A stretch of DNA of 64,000 bases from an uncultured Gemmatimonadales bacterium (lineage in GTDB: Bacteria; Gemmatimonadota; Gemmatimonadetes; Longimicrobiales; RSA9), in the NCBI GenBank assembly GCA_963783305.1, contig CAWAMW010000012.1:64001-128000 (forward strand), written 5' to 3'. This document shows, one piece after another, positions 1-11,891 of the stretch. Position numbers and translations under genes: made by a program. The notes beneath the pieces were generated by a model. The model was given only the letters and a program-made list of their open reading frames with translations. It was not told the DNA's origin and ran no database searches. Numbering within the stretch: the stretch's first letter is position 1; every line of letters starts with the position of its first letter.

Positions 1-1588
1 CCGCCCACGCCATGATGCGCCGGAAATCGTCCGACAGCTGGGGCTCCACCGTGGGCACCTTCCCGAGCAGGACGCGCCCCGTGGCTCCATCAATGGTGAT
101 CCAATCGCCACGCCGCACCTGCTGGCCGCCGGCGTCGAAGAAGCCGTCGGCGGCGTGGACCATCAGGTCGCGCACGCCCGCAATGCAGGGCTTGCCCATG
201 CCGCGCGCGACGACGGCTGCGTGGGAGGTCATGCCCCCCCGTGCGGTGATGATTCCGCGTGCTGCGGCCATTCCCGTGAAGTCGTCAGGGGACGTCTCCT
301 CGCGCACCAGGATGACGGCCTCCCCTTTCTGCGACCGCTCCACCGCTTCGTCCGGGTCGAACACCGTGATGCCGGAGGCGGCGCCGGGAGAGGCCGGCAG
401 CCCTGTGGCCAGCTCCTGGGTCTCGGCGTCGGGGTCGAGCCCAGGGTGCAGCTGCTGCTCGAGCTGATCCGCATCCAGGCGCAGCACCGCCTCCTCGCGG
501 GGGATCAATCCGTCATCCACCATGTCCACGGCGATCTTGATCGCGGCCGCCGCCGTACGCTTGCCGGTGCGGGTCTGAAGGAGGTAGAGCCGCCCGCGCT
601 CCACCGTGAACTCCAGGTCCTGCATGTCGAGATAATGGTGCTCGAGCTTTTCCTGGATGTCGTAGAGCTCCCGGTAGGCCTCCGGCATGAGGGTCTCCAT
701 CTCGGAGATGGAGAGCGGGGTCCGGATCCCCGATACCACGTCCTCGCCCTGCGCGTTCAGGAGGAACTCGCCGAACACGACGCGCTCTCCGGTGCTCGGG
801 TTCCGCGTGAAGGCCACGCCCGTTCCCGAGTCGTCGCCCATGTTGCCGTAGACCATGGTCTGGACGGTGACGGCGGTGCCCATGTCGTCGGGGATCCGGT
901 GGTGTCGGCGGAAGGCGACGGCGCGCTCGTTGTCCCAGGACCGGAATACCGCCTTGACGGCGCCCCAGAGCTGCTCTTCGGGATCGGAAGGGAAGGGGCC
1001 GCCGGTCTGCTCCTCGACCAGGTCCTTGTACTGCCGTACGAGCCCGCGCAGGTCGTCGGCCGTCAGCTTGGTGTCGGAATCCACGCCGCGCTCGGTTCGG
1101 AGGGCGGTGAGCTTCCTCTCGAAGGCCGTGTGGTCGATCCCCATGACCACCTCGCCGTACATCTGGATGAAGCGACGGTATGAATCGTAGGCGAAGCGCT
1201 CGTCCGCCGCCTCGGCCAGCGCCTTCACCGTGTGGTCATTGAGCCCCAGGTTGAGGATGGTGTCCATCATCCCCGGCATGGAGACGGCGGCGCCGCTGCG
1301 GACGCTCACCAGGAGCGGCACGGAGTCGGTGGCGCCGAAGGTCTTGCCCGCGGCTTCCTCGAGGCGCGGGATGTCCCTTTTGACTTCCGTCACGAGGCTG
1401 TCCGGGAGCGTGCCGTGCTCCATGTACTCGACGCAGGCACGGGTGGAGATCGTGAATCCCGGGGGGACCGGAACCCCAATGGAGGTCATCTCCGCCAGAT
1501 TGGCCCCCTTGCCGCCCAGGAGCTCCTTCAGCTCGCGGCCGCCCTCCGCTTCGCCGTTCCCGAAGAAATAGACCCAACGCTCGCTCAT
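1..1588 (-). CDS. ppdK: Pyruvate phosphate dikinase (partial, runs off left edge)
   Basis: Not in the ORF track. Manual translation from ATG at 1588 gives MSERWVYFFGNGEAEGGRELKELLGGKGANLAEMTSIGVPVPPGFTIST, then PLLVSVRSGAAVSMPGMMDTILNLG, which are classic PPDK N-terminal motifs. Confidence 0.96.
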   Translation of the reverse strand, partial: MSERWVYFFGNGEAEGGRELKELLGGKGANLAEMTSIGVPVPPGFTISTRACVEYMEHGTLPDSLVTEVKRDIPRLEEAAGKTFGATDSVPLLVSVRSGAAVSMPGMMDTILNLGLNDHTVKALAEAADERFAYDSYRRFIQMYGEVVMGIDHTAFERKLTALRTERGVDSDTKLTADDLRGLVRQYKDLVEEQTGGPFPSDPEEQLWGAVKAVFRSWDNERAVAFRRHHRIPDDMGTAVTVQTMVYGNMGDDSGTGVAFTRNPSTGERVVFGEFLLNAQGEDVVSGIRTPLSISEMETLMPEAYRELYDIQEKLEHHYLDMQDLEFTVERGRLYLLQTRTGKRTAAAAIKIAVDMVDDGLIPREEAVLRLDADQLEQQLHPGLDPDAETQELATGLPASPGAASGITVFDPDEAVERSQKGEAVILVREETSPDDFTGMAAARGIITARGGMTSHAAVVARGMGKPCIAGVRDLMVHAADGFFDAGGQQVRRGDWITIDGATGRVLLGKVPTVEPQLSDDFRRIMAWA

Positions 1589-1708
1589 GTATCGTCCGTT
1601 CCGTTTCAATCGATCGGTGTGCGTCCGGTCCCGCCTCCGCGCAATCTTATACCCCGTGGGCGCATCCGAAAGTCGGCATCCGCTCCTGCACGATTCGTTC
1701 GTCCGGAT

Positions 1709-3098
1709 TCAGCAGCTGCTGGCGGGGGAGAATCCGCGATCGAGGTCCACGAGCGGCGCGTCGTAGGCCCCGGAGAAGCAGGCATGGCAGAACTCACCAT
1801 CGCCGCTGTCGGACGCGGCTGTGATCATGCCCTCCAGCGAGAGGTATCCGAGGCTGTCCACGTCGAGGTGCTGGCGGATCTCCTCGACGGTCTTCTGTGA
1901 GCCGATCAGCTCCTCCTTCGTGGGCATGTCAATGCCGTAGAAGCAGGGAAAACGCACGGGGGGGCTGGAGATGCGGAAATGCACCTCCGTGGCTCCCGCC
2001 TCCCGGACCAATCGAACGATACCCCTGCTGGTGGTGCCGCGGACGAGGGAGTCATCGACTACCACGACCCGCTTGCCGGCCAGGACCTCACGAACCGCGT
2101 TGTACTTGATCCGTACGCGGAAGTCGCGGCCGGTCTGCGTGGGGTGAATGAAGGTGCGGCCGACGTAGTGGTTCCGGATGAGGCCGAGCTCGTAGGGGAT
2201 ACCGCTCTGCTCAGCGAACCCGAGTGCCGCGGAGTTCGAGGAGTCGGGAACACTGAAGACCACGTCCGCGTCCGCCGGGTGCTCCTCCGCGAGCCTGCGG
2301 CCGAACGCACGGCGAGCCCGATCGACGCTTTGGCCCCAGATCTTGGAGTCGGGCCGCGCGAAGTAGACCAGCTCGAAGACGCAGGGGGCGGTGCGGTGGT
2401 TCCGTGAGACGTTCTTGAGCGATCGCAGGTCGTCGCCGCGGATGCGCAGCATCTCGCCGGGCTCGATGTCGCGCTCGTAGCTGGCTCCCACCAGGTCGAG
2501 GGCGCAGCTTTCGCTCGCCACGATCCAGCCGCCGTCCGGCAGCCTGCCCAGAATCAGGGGCCGGTAGCCCCAGGGATCGCGGGCGGCGTACATGGTGTCG
2601 CCCACGGTGATGATCACGCTGAACGCGCCCTTGAGGCGCGAGAGCGCTTCGGAGATCTGCTCGTCCACGGTGGGCGAGCGGGACCGGCTGATGAGAATGG
2701 ACGATGACCTCGCTGTCGATAGTACCCTGGAAGAGCGCTCCCTCCTCGACCAGCTCCTCGCGCAGCGTGAGCGCGTTCGTGATGTTGCCGTTGTGCACCA
2801 GCCCCAGGTCGCCCTCGCGGTAGTTCACCACGATGGGCTGCGCGTTGACCAGGCCCGCGCCCCCGGCCGTGGAATACCGGGTGTGCCCCAACGCCATCCG
2901 ACCCGGGAGCGAGTCGAGCGCCCGGTCGTCGAACCCTTCGGCCACCAGCCCCTCCCGTCGGCTCAGCCGGGTCTGCCCCGTTTCGTCCACCGCCGAGATG
3001 CCGGAAGACTCCTGGCCCCTGTGCTGGAGGGCGTACAGCCCGAGGAACGCCAGCTTGGCGGCGTCCTCCACTCCGGTTACTCCTACGATCCCGCACAT
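1709..3098 (-). CDS. purF: Amidophosphoribosyltransferase, split by a +1 frameshift near 2696-2697 (sequence error or pseudogene)
   Basis: N-terminal MCGIVG...LQHRGQES...GHTRYST lies in ORF 2211..3098. C-terminal CVFELVYFARPDS, VVVVDDSLVRGTT and FPCFYGID lie in ORF 1709..2668. Removing one base restores EVIVHLISRSRSPTVDEQI. Confidence 0.93.
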
Positions 3099-3126
3099 AC
3101 CGCCACTCCTTCAGTACTCCTGTACA

Positions 3127-5423
3127 TCACCCGCCCGCCGACGGCGGCGCGTCCATCAGTCGCGGGATCGCCGTGGCGTGCGTCTCCGCCAGCTCACCGA
3201 TCCCTGCCTCCACCTTCACACCGCTGGCCACGAGCTCCAGCGCGAGCGGGTCGCCCGCTCCCCCGACCGTCCCGATCCGTGCCGCCGGGACGCCGTGCTC
3301 TCGGGCGAGGGCCAGCACGCGGTCCTGCGCCGATGGATCGCAGCTGGCGACGATCCGGCCCTGCGCTTCCCCGAAGAGGAGGGCTGGAACCGGGATCTCG
3401 TCCTCGATGGAGACGCGCGCGCCGAGCGGACCGCCCCGGGCGCCGATGGCGGATTCGGCGATACAGACGGCGAGGCCTCCTTCGGCGCAGTCATGGGCGC
3501 TCGACAGCAGCTCGGCGTCCACCATGGCGAGCACCGCCTCATGCAGCGCCTTCTCACCTGCGAGGTCCACATCCGGGACCGCGCCCGCCGTCCTCCCATG
3601 CACGGTCTTCAGGTACTCCGAGGCGCCGATCTCCGCGGTGTTCCGGCCGAGCAGGATTATCGTGTCCCCCGGCGCGCGGAAGCCCGCCCCGATGCTCTTC
3701 GACACGTCCTCCAGCACGCCCACCATGCCGACCACCGGTGTGGGGAATATGGCGCCGCGGGGGTTCTCGTTGTAGAGCGAGACGTTCCCGCCGGTGACCG
3801 GCGTCTCGAGCCGCTGGCAGGCCTCGGCCATGCCCTCGGTGGATTCCTTCATCTGGTGATACACCTCGGGCTTGTGTGGATTCCCGAAGTTCAGGTTGTC
3901 GGTCACGGCACGAGGCCTGGCGCCGACGCATACCAGGTTCCGGGCCGCCTCGGCGACGGCGATGCTCCCGCCCTTCCGGGGGTCGAGGTAGACGTAACGG
4001 GCATTACAGTCCACGGTAGCCGCGATGCCTCGTTGCGTGCCGCGGATCCGGAGCACCCCCGCGTCGCCGCCCGGTGGCTGGACGGTGTTGGTGCGGACGG
4101 TCGAATCGTACTGCTCGTGGACCCACGCCTTCGACGCAATGTTGGGCGACCCGAGGAGCGACCGCAGCGCCTGGAGCGCCGAGTCGGAGTCGTTCGCCAT
4201 CTCTTCGGCGATCTCGGCCGGGTCCCACTCCCGGGCGCGCTTCACTTCCGCCGCCTCCACGCCCTCCCGGGTGTAGGTGGGGCACTCGACGAGTGCGGTG
4301 CCGGGGATATCAGCGACGACGTGGTCGCCCTCCATGACTCGGTACCGCCCGTCGCTGGTGACCTGGCCGATCACGGCGGCCTCCAGCTCCCATTTCTCGA
4401 GGATGCGGATCACCTCCTCCTCGTGACCGGCCTTCGCGACCACCACCATCCGTTCCTGGCTCTCGCTCAGCAGGATCTCGTACGGCGTCATTCCTTCCTC
4501 GCGGACGGGGACCTTCGCGGTATCGATCTCGACCCCGGTGCCGGCGCGGGCGGCCATCTCGCTGGAGGCGGAGGCGAGGCCCGCGGCGCCCATGTCCTGG
4601 ATGCCCACGATGTGGCCGCTCCGGATCAGCTCCAGGGAAGCCTCGAGCAGCAGCTTCTCCGTGAACGGGTCACCCACCTGGACCTGCGGGCGGCTGGCCT
4701 CGGTCTCCTCGCTCAGCTCCTCGCTGGCGAAGGTGGCGCCGTGGATCCCGTCCCGGCCCGTCCGGGCGCCGACGGCGAGGATCGGATTGCCGGGGCCCGA
4801 CGCGGTGGCGCGGATCAGCTCCTCCGTCCTCATGAGCCCGATGGCCATGGCGTTCACCAGCGGGTTCCCCTCGTAGGCGTCGTCGAACCACGTTTCGCCC
4901 CCGATGTTCGGGATCCCCACACAGTTCCCATAGTCGCCGACGCCCTTCACCACGCCGGCGAAGAGGTAGCGTACGCGGGGCGAGGAGAGGGGGCCGAAGC
5001 GGAGCGCGTCGAGGACCGCGATGGGTCGGGCGCCCATGGTGAAGACATCGCGCAGGATCCCGCCCACGCCGGTGGCGGCGCCCTGGTAGGGCTCGACGGC
5101 GGAGGGGTGGTTGTGGCTTTCGATCTTGAACGCCACGGCCCAGCCATCGCCGATGTCGATGACACCGGCGTTCTCGCCGGGGCCCTGGAGCACCCAGGGC
5201 GCCTCGGTGGGGAAGCGGCGGAGCAGCGGTTTCGAGTTCTTGTAGCCGCAGTGCTCGCTCCAGAGGGCGCTGAACAGACCGAGCTCGGTGTAGCTCGCCT
5301 CGCGCTCCAGGATGGCGGTGATCTTCTCGTACTCCTCCGCGCTGAGGCCGTGCTCTTCCACCAGGGCGGGCGTGACCTCCACGTCCCTGGGATGGGGTAC
5401 CAGCGGCGGGCGGGTGGCGTGGC

Positions 5424-5427
<4 letters not shown>
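3127..5427 (-). CDS. purL: Phosphoribosylformylglycinamidine synthase subunit PurL
   Basis: [51 protein letters not shown] motifs. Confidence 0.97.
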
Positions 5428-6166
<739 letters not shown>

Positions 6167-6167
<1 letters not shown>

Positions 6168-6421
6168 CAGCCGGCCTCCAGCGCGATGGCGTAGTCCTCC
6201 GTGACGGGATTCGCCAGCAGCTTGCGGCACATGTCGTCCGCGCGGGCGCGGGCGGCCTGCTCGTCGGCGGCCTCGAGCCGGAGCCGCACCAGCCGGCCGA
6301 CATGGACACCCTTCACATCCTGGAACTCCAGGGAGTGGAGGGCGTGCTCGACGGCCTTGCCTTCGGGGTCCAGAAGCCCCTCCCGGGGCGTGATGCGCAC
6401 TTCGATTCGGTATGGCTTCAT
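6167..6421 (-). CDS. purS: Phosphoribosylformylglycinamidine synthase subunit PurS
   Basis: 84 aa with LDPEGKAV and [11 protein letters not shown] motifs, directly upstream of purQ. Confidence 0.95.
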
Positions 6422-6442
6422 CTTCCTGGGGTGTGCGGGTTC

Positions 6443-7306
6443 TCAGTCGCTGCGCCGCCGACCGGCGCCGGGCCACCACAGGCGCCGGGGCGGAGACAAT
6501 TCATTGTAGTCGATGTTGCGTACTTCGGCATCCGCGTCGTCGGGGTCCTCATCGTCCAGCAGCATGTCCCGGTCGGGGAGTCGCTCGAAGAAGCCGAGGA
6601 CCACCGCCTTCAGCACTCCGTAGAGGACGTACGTGAGGAGGACCGGGAACCAGAAGAGGGAGGGGATGGTGAAGGATGCGACCACGACCACGACGAACCA
6701 TGTCAGCGTGAGGATGCCCTTCAGGGTGCGGAACCCGAACTTCGGAACCACGGGGTAGAGGACGTGGCTCATCATGAGCATGGCGAGGCCGAGCATGAGC
6801 GCGATGATCATGCTCGGCCAGGGCAGCTCGGCCAGGTAGGTCTGGAAGAACGCCGTCTGGCTGAACGGATAGTACGTGGCGAGTGCCATGCCCGAGGCGG
6901 GGGAGGGGAGGCCGTGGAAGGCGACTTTCGCGTGCCCGGCCTGCTCCACGTTGAAGCGCGCCAGGCGGATCACGGCCCCGGCCATGTAGACGAACGCGGC
7001 GATCCACTCCCAGCCGCCATCCGCGAGGAACAGATGGTAGATGATCAGGGCGGGCGCCACGCCGAAGCTGATGGCGTCGACGAGCGAGTCCAGCTCGGCG
7101 CCGAAGCGACTCCCCGTCTGCGTGATCCGGGCGACCCGCCCGTCCAGGGTATCGGCTACGCCCGCGAGCACGATGAGCCAGGCGGCGGTGGTGAAATCGC
7201 CCCGTGCGGCCGCCACGATGGCCCACAGGCCGAAGAAGAGGTTCCCCAGCGTGAGCGCGCTGGGGATGATGATGACGCCGCCCTGGAGCGTCGGACGCGG
7301 GCTCAT
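6443..7306 (-). CDS. pssA: CDP-diacylglycerol--serine O-phosphatidyltransferase
   Basis: CDP-alcohol motif DTLDGRVAR...[34 protein letters not shown]; next to psd. Confidence 0.92.
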   Translation of the reverse strand: MSPRPTLQGGVIIIPSALTLGNLFFGLWAIVAAARGDFTTAAWLIVLAGVADTLDGRVARITQTGSRFGAELDSLVDAISFGVAPALIIYHLFLADGGWEWIAAFVYMAGAVIRLARFNVEQAGHAKVAFHGLPSPASGMALATYYPFSQTAFFQTYLAELPWPSMIIALMLGLAMLMMSHVLYPVVPKFGFRTLKGILTLTWFVVVVVASFTIPSLFWFPVLLTYVLYGVLKAVVLGFFERLPDRDMLLDDEDPDDADAEVRNIDYNELSPPRRLWWPGAGRRRSD

Positions 7307-7980
7307 GGTGTTCTTCCTGTCGCGGGGGTCGGGGTGCGGGCGATCACGGTGCTGCCGGCCCGTACGCGGTCGCCGGGTCGTACCAGGACCCGTGTATCGG
7401 CGGGGAGGTAGGCTTCGACTCGGGAGCTGAAGCGGATGAGTCCGATGCGATCTCCCTGCTCCACCAGCTCCCCCTCCTCCACGTAGGTCACGATCTGCCG
7501 CGCCACGGTGCCCGCCACCTGCCGGACCAGCACACGCGCCTGCCCGGTATTGATGCCGATGGCGGTGGCCTCGTTGTCACCGGCACGCTCGCTCCAGGTG
7601 GGTGCGAACCCGCCCGGGCGGTGGTCCACCAGGTCCACTACCCCGGCCACGGGCGAACGTTGGACGTGGACATCCAGAAGACCGAGGTAGATGGCCACGA
7701 GGATGGCCTCGTGACCGAGATATTCGGGGTCGGCGATTCGTTCGACCTCCACCACGCGGCCGTCGGCGGGGGCGAGGAAGAGGTCGGGTCCGCGGTCGCC
7801 GGCACGGGCGGGGTCGCGAAAGAAGAACGCGAGGGCGAGGGCGAGCACGGCCGTCGCGTACCCGATGATCCAGATCCGCCAGCGTCCGAGCCAGCTTCCG
7901 AGGATGAAGAGTAGGAGAGCGAGGACGGCGAGGCCGGTCAGCAATCCCACGCCATCGCCAGCGATCCCGAGTCCGCTCAA
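7303..7980 (-). CDS. psd: Phosphatidylserine decarboxylase proenzyme (short type)
   Basis: FFFRDPAR, APADGRV, DVHVQRSPV, QVAGTVAR, GLIRFSSRV. TTG start overlaps the purC stop. Confidence 0.88.
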   Translation of the reverse strand: MSGLGIAGDGVGLLTGLAVLALLLFILGSWLGRWRIWIIGYATAVLALALAFFFRDPARAGDRGPDLFLAPADGRVVEVERIADPEYLGHEAILVAIYLGLLDVHVQRSPVAGVVDLVDHRPGGFAPTWSERAGDNEATAIGINTGQARVLVRQVAGTVARQIVTYVEEGELVEQGDRIGLIRFSSRVEAYLPADTRVLVRPGDRVRAGSTVIARTPTPATGRTP

Positions 7981-8948
7981 GGGGCGAGCTCCCGGCCGGT
8001 GAGGCGGCGATGCACCTCGAGGTAGCGGCGCGTGGTCGCCTCGACCACCTCATCCGGGAGGTCGGGTGCCGGCGCGCGCTTGTCCCATTCGCCGCGCCGG
8101 GTGAGCGACTCCAGGTAGTCCCGCACGGGCTGCTTGTCCAGCGACGGCTGACTCTGCCCCCTGCGGTAGCTCTCCTCCGGCCAGAAGCGGGAGGAATCCG
8201 GGGTCATCACCTCGTCGATGAGGATCGGCCGCCCGCCCACGAGACCGAACTCGAACTTCGTGTCGGCGAGCAGGATGCCGCGGTCGGCGGCCAGGCTCCG
8301 GCCGCGCTCGTACACTGCCACGCTCCGCTCCCGCAGCCGATCGGCCAGCTCCCGGCCGATCCGGTCGCACATCTCGCGGAAGGGGATGTTCTCGTCGTGA
8401 CCGGTCACGGCCTTCGTGGCCGGCGAGAACACGGGTGGGTCCAGCCGGTCCGACTCCACGAGGCCCGCGGGGAGCGGCTCACCGGCGAGGGTGCCGGTCT
8501 CCGCGTACTCCTTCCAGGCCGATCCGGCCAGGTAGCCACGGACGACGCATTCCACAGGGACGGGCTCGCTCTTCCGCACCAGCAGCGCGCGCCCGGCCCA
8601 TTCGCTCCGGGTCCCGGCAAGGCCGGGTACCGCGGCCACGATGTCGGCGGGGTCCGCCGCGATGAGGTGGTGGTCGACCTGCTCGCCGAGCTGTTCGAGC
8701 CACCATACGGTGACCGCCGTAAGGACCGCGCCCTTGCGGGGGATCGGGCGAGCCATGACGACATCGAAGGCGCTCAACCGATCGCTCGCCACCATCAGCA
8801 GCCGGTCCTCCCCCACATCGTACATCTCCCGCACCTTGCCCCGGGCGTGGAGGGGGAAGGGGAGGGAGGACTGCCGGAGCGGGCCCGGTCGGGGACCTGT
8901 CGACCCGGACTCTCGATCCCCCGCGCCCGCCTCGCGCCGGCCGCTCAC
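7977..8948 (-). CDS. purC: SAICAR synthetase
   Basis: RGKVREMY, SDRLSAFD, ECVVRGYLAGS, LADTKFEFG, DEVMTPDSSRFW. Confidence 0.96.
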   Translation of the reverse strand: MSGRREAGAGDRESGSTGPRPGPLRQSSLPFPLHARGKVREMYDVGEDRLLMVASDRLSAFDVVMARPIPRKGAVLTAVTVWWLEQLGEQVDHHLIAADPADIVAAVPGLAGTRSEWAGRALLVRKSEPVPVECVVRGYLAGSAWKEYAETGTLAGEPLPAGLVESDRLDPPVFSPATKAVTGHDENIPFREMCDRIGRELADRLRERSVAVYERGRSLAADRGILLADTKFEFGLVGGRPILIDEVMTPDSSRFWPEESYRRGQSQPSLDKQPVRDYLESLTRRGEWDKRAPAPDLPDEVVEATTRRYLEVHRRLTGRELAP

Positions 8949-10405
8949 GCGCGCAGCTCGGGCGCTTCGCCCGCCTCGACCTGCTCGAGGACGGGCGCGA
9001 TGGACTCCAGGTAGCTGTCCACCTGCTGGGGCGCGCGTCCGACGTGGCCGGCGGGATCGAGGATGCCCTGGATCTCCTCCGCGGTCATCCCGAACGCGTC
9101 ATCGGCAGCGATCCGCGATACCAGGTCGTTGTCTCCGCCCTCGTCCTTGAGGCGGTCGGCGGCGGCCACGGCGTGCTGCCGGATCCGCTCGTGGAGGTCC
9201 TGTCGGTCGCCGCCGCGCCGCACGGCGTGCATGAGGATGGACTCGGTGGCCATGAAGGGCATCTCGTGCTCCAGCCGCTGCCGGATCACACCCGGCCGCA
9301 CCACGAGGCCGGCAGCGACGTTGTGGGTGAGAAGGAGTACGGCGTCCGTGGTGAGGTAGGCCTCGGCGAGGGCGATCCGTCGATTGGCGGAGTCGTCGAG
9401 GGTGCGCTCGAACCACTGTGTGGCGGCGGTGAAGCCGGCATCCATGGTGAGTGCGAGGATGTGCCGCGTGAGGGCGTTGATACGTTCGGTCCGCATCGGG
9501 TTCCGCTTGTACGGCATGGCGGAGGATCCGATCTGCTTCTCCTCGAAGGGCTCCTCGATCTCGCGCAGGTGGGCCAGGAGCCGGATGTCGTGGGCGAACT
9601 TGGACGTGGACGTGGCGATCCCGCCGAGCGTGGCGAGCGCAGCGTAGTCCACCTTCCGGGGGTAGGTCTGGCCGGTGACGCCGTACACCTTGTCGAAGCC
9701 CATGGCGCGGGCGATCCGGCGCTGGAGCTCGTCGACCTTGCCGTGGTCGCCGTCGAAGAGGTCCAGAAAGGAGGCCTGGGTGCCGGTGGCGCCGCGGATG
9801 CCGCGGGCCCGGAGCGACTCGAGGCGGTGGTCCACTTCATCCAGGTCCAGGACGAGGTCCTGGAGCCAGAGCGCGGCGCGCTTCCCCACGGTGGTGGGCT
9901 GCGCGGGCTGGAAGTGGGTGAAGCCCAGGGTCGGCAGGTCGCGGTACTCGCGGGCGAAGGACGCCAGCGCGGCGATGCAGGCCAGCAGCCGGCGACGGAC
10001 CAGCAGGAGAGCTTCCCGCTGCTGGATCAGCTCGGTGTTGTCGGTGACGTACGCGCTGGTGGCGCCCAGGTGGATGAAGGGACGGGCGGCCGGGGCGATG
10101 TCGCCGAAGTGGTGCACGTGGGCCATGACATCGTGGCGGAGCCGGCGCTCGTGCTGGGCGGCGGCGTCGAGGTCGATGTCATCCAGTCGCTCCCGCATCT
10201 GGGAGATGGCGTCGGGCGGGATCTCGAGCCCCAGCTCCTGCTCGGCCTCGGCCAGCGCGAGCCAGAGCCGGCGCCAGGTGCCGAACTTGAAGGCTGGTGA
10301 GAAGATGCGGCTCATCTCCGTCGAGGCGTAGCGCTCGATCAGCGGGTTCCGGTACACGGTGTCCGGTCCCCCGGCCTCCAGTCGCTCCAGCAGCTTTCTG
10401 TCCAC
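8945..10405 (-). CDS. purB: Adenylosuccinate lyase
   Basis: RHDVMAH, HLGATS, THFQPAQPTT, GSSAMPYKRNP signature. Confidence 0.96.
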   Translation of the reverse strand: MDRKLLERLEAGGPDTVYRNPLIERYASTEMSRIFSPAFKFGTWRRLWLALAEAEQELGLEIPPDAISQMRERLDDIDLDAAAQHERRLRHDVMAHVHHFGDIAPAARPFIHLGATSAYVTDNTELIQQREALLLVRRRLLACIAALASFAREYRDLPTLGFTHFQPAQPTTVGKRAALWLQDLVLDLDEVDHRLESLRARGIRGATGTQASFLDLFDGDHGKVDELQRRIARAMGFDKVYGVTGQTYPRKVDYAALATLGGIATSTSKFAHDIRLLAHLREIEEPFEEKQIGSSAMPYKRNPMRTERINALTRHILALTMDAGFTAATQWFERTLDDSANRRIALAEAYLTTDAVLLLTHNVAAGLVVRPGVIRQRLEHEMPFMATESILMHAVRRGGDRQDLHERIRQHAVAAADRLKDEGGDNDLVSRIAADDAFGMTAEEIQGILDPAGHVGRAPQQVDSYLESIAPVLEQVEAGEAPELRA

Positions 10406-10413
10406 AGCTCTCC

Positions 10414-11877
10414 CTACAGATAGAACGATACGTACGATTCGCGGCCGCTCCGCTCCACCAGCATCCGGGCGGTGACGCGGCCCGGGTACTCCTGGAGGAG
10501 GCGAAGGAACTCCGCGGCCTCCTCGGCCGAGCGGACGGGGCTCCGGTTGATCCCGATGATGAGGTCACCGGGGCGGAGCCCCAGCTGGCGACGCGCATTG
10601 TCGGAAACCCCCACGATCAGCGCACCCTGCTCGCTGCTCAGCCCCCGCTCGGACCGGATGCTGGGCGTCAGCGTGACGAGCTCGAACTCCTCGAGGGCGC
10701 TGACCCGCTCGGCCGTCAGCGACGGCAGATCGCGGGGCGTGACCCTCACCACGCGCTCCCCCTCATCGCCCACGGCGACCGGGATCGTCTCGCCCACCCG
10801 CACCTCCAGCAGCGCAGCCTCCCAGTCCAGCGGCGTGCGGACCCGATGGCGCCCCACGCTGTGGACGATCTGGCCCGCTTCGAGCCCCGCCTGGTCCGCG
10901 GGCGAGCCCGGAGCGACGTTGGAGATCCGCACGACCCGGCTCCGACCGAACCGATTGGGGTTCGCCGGCTCCAGGTCGAGCCCCGTCCACGGCCGTCGCA
11001 CGGCACCGTCGTCGATCAGGTCGAGAACCACACCGCGGGCCCGATCGATGGGGATGGCGAAACCCAGACCCTCGCTCCCGCCGCTGCGCGTGAAGATCGA
11101 CGAGTTCACCCCGATCACCTCGCCCTCCGCGTTCACCAGCGGCCCGCCGGAGTTCCCCGGGTTGATGGATGCGTCCGTCTGGATCATGCCCAGGTAGTAG
11201 CCGCGGGTGTCGTCGCTGGTGGGGATGATGTTCCGGCCGATCCCGCTCACTACCCCCGCCGTGACGGTGGGCTCCGTATTGGAGAGGAGGTAGCCGAAGG
11301 GGCTGCCAATGGCTACGACCCACTCGCCGATGAGGAGGTCACCGGACGAGCCGAGGGGCGCTACCGCGAGCGGTGCTCCGCCCGTGTCCAGGCGCAACAG
11401 CGCCAGGTCGTTCACCTCGTCCGTGCCCACGAGCTCCGCGGCGAAATCACGGCCATCGGGGAGCGTCACCACGATCTCCGTGGCGCCCCGTACCACGTGC
11501 TCGTTAGTGAGGACCAGCCCGTCCTCGTGGATGATGAACCCCGAGCCCAGCCCCTGGACACGGCGCTCCGAGCCGGGGGGCAGGAAGAACTGCTCGTACA
11601 CCGACCGCGGCTGCACCGTCTCGCGCCGGATGACGTTCACGCTCACCACGGCGGGCGCGACCCGCTCCGCGGCCTTCACGATGGCGGTCCGGCGCGAAGC
11701 CGCGACGGACCCCTGGGGGACGGGCTCCTGTGCGGCGATGTCGTTCGCGGCCAGCATCGTGCCCGCGGCGGAGCCATCGCGGAGCGCCGCAGCGGCGGGA
11801 TCCTCCGTGTGCGAATCGTTGCCGCACGCGCCGGTCAGCGCCACGGCCACCAGGATGGGGAGAGAAAAAGCGCGCAT
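10414..11877 (-). CDS. HtrA/DegP-family serine protease with PDZ domains, probable lipoprotein
   Basis: Lipobox-like LTGAC; triad motifs TNEHV, DLALL, INPGNSGGPL; PDZ-like C-terminal region. Confidence 0.92.
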   Translation of the reverse strand: MRAFSLPILVAVALTGACGNDSHTEDPAAAALRDGSAAGTMLAANDIAAQEPVPQGSVAASRRTAIVKAAERVAPAVVSVNVIRRETVQPRSVYEQFFLPPGSERRVQGLGSGFIIHEDGLVLTNEHVVRGATEIVVTLPDGRDFAAELVGTDEVNDLALLRLDTGGAPLAVAPLGSSGDLLIGEWVVAIGSPFGYLLSNTEPTVTAGVVSGIGRNIIPTSDDTRGYYLGMIQTDASINPGNSGGPLVNAEGEVIGVNSSIFTRSGGSEGLGFAIPIDRARGVVLDLIDDGAVRRPWTGLDLEPANPNRFGRSRVVRISNVAPGSPADQAGLEAGQIVHSVGRHRVRTPLDWEAALLEVRVGETIPVAVGDEGERVVRVTPRDLPSLTAERVSALEEFELVTLTPSIRSERGLSSEQGALIVGVSDNARRQLGLRPGDLIIGINRSPVRSAEEAAEFLRLLQEYPGRVTARMLVERSGRESYVSFYL

Positions 11878-11891
11878 GCGTCTCCTCGGAA

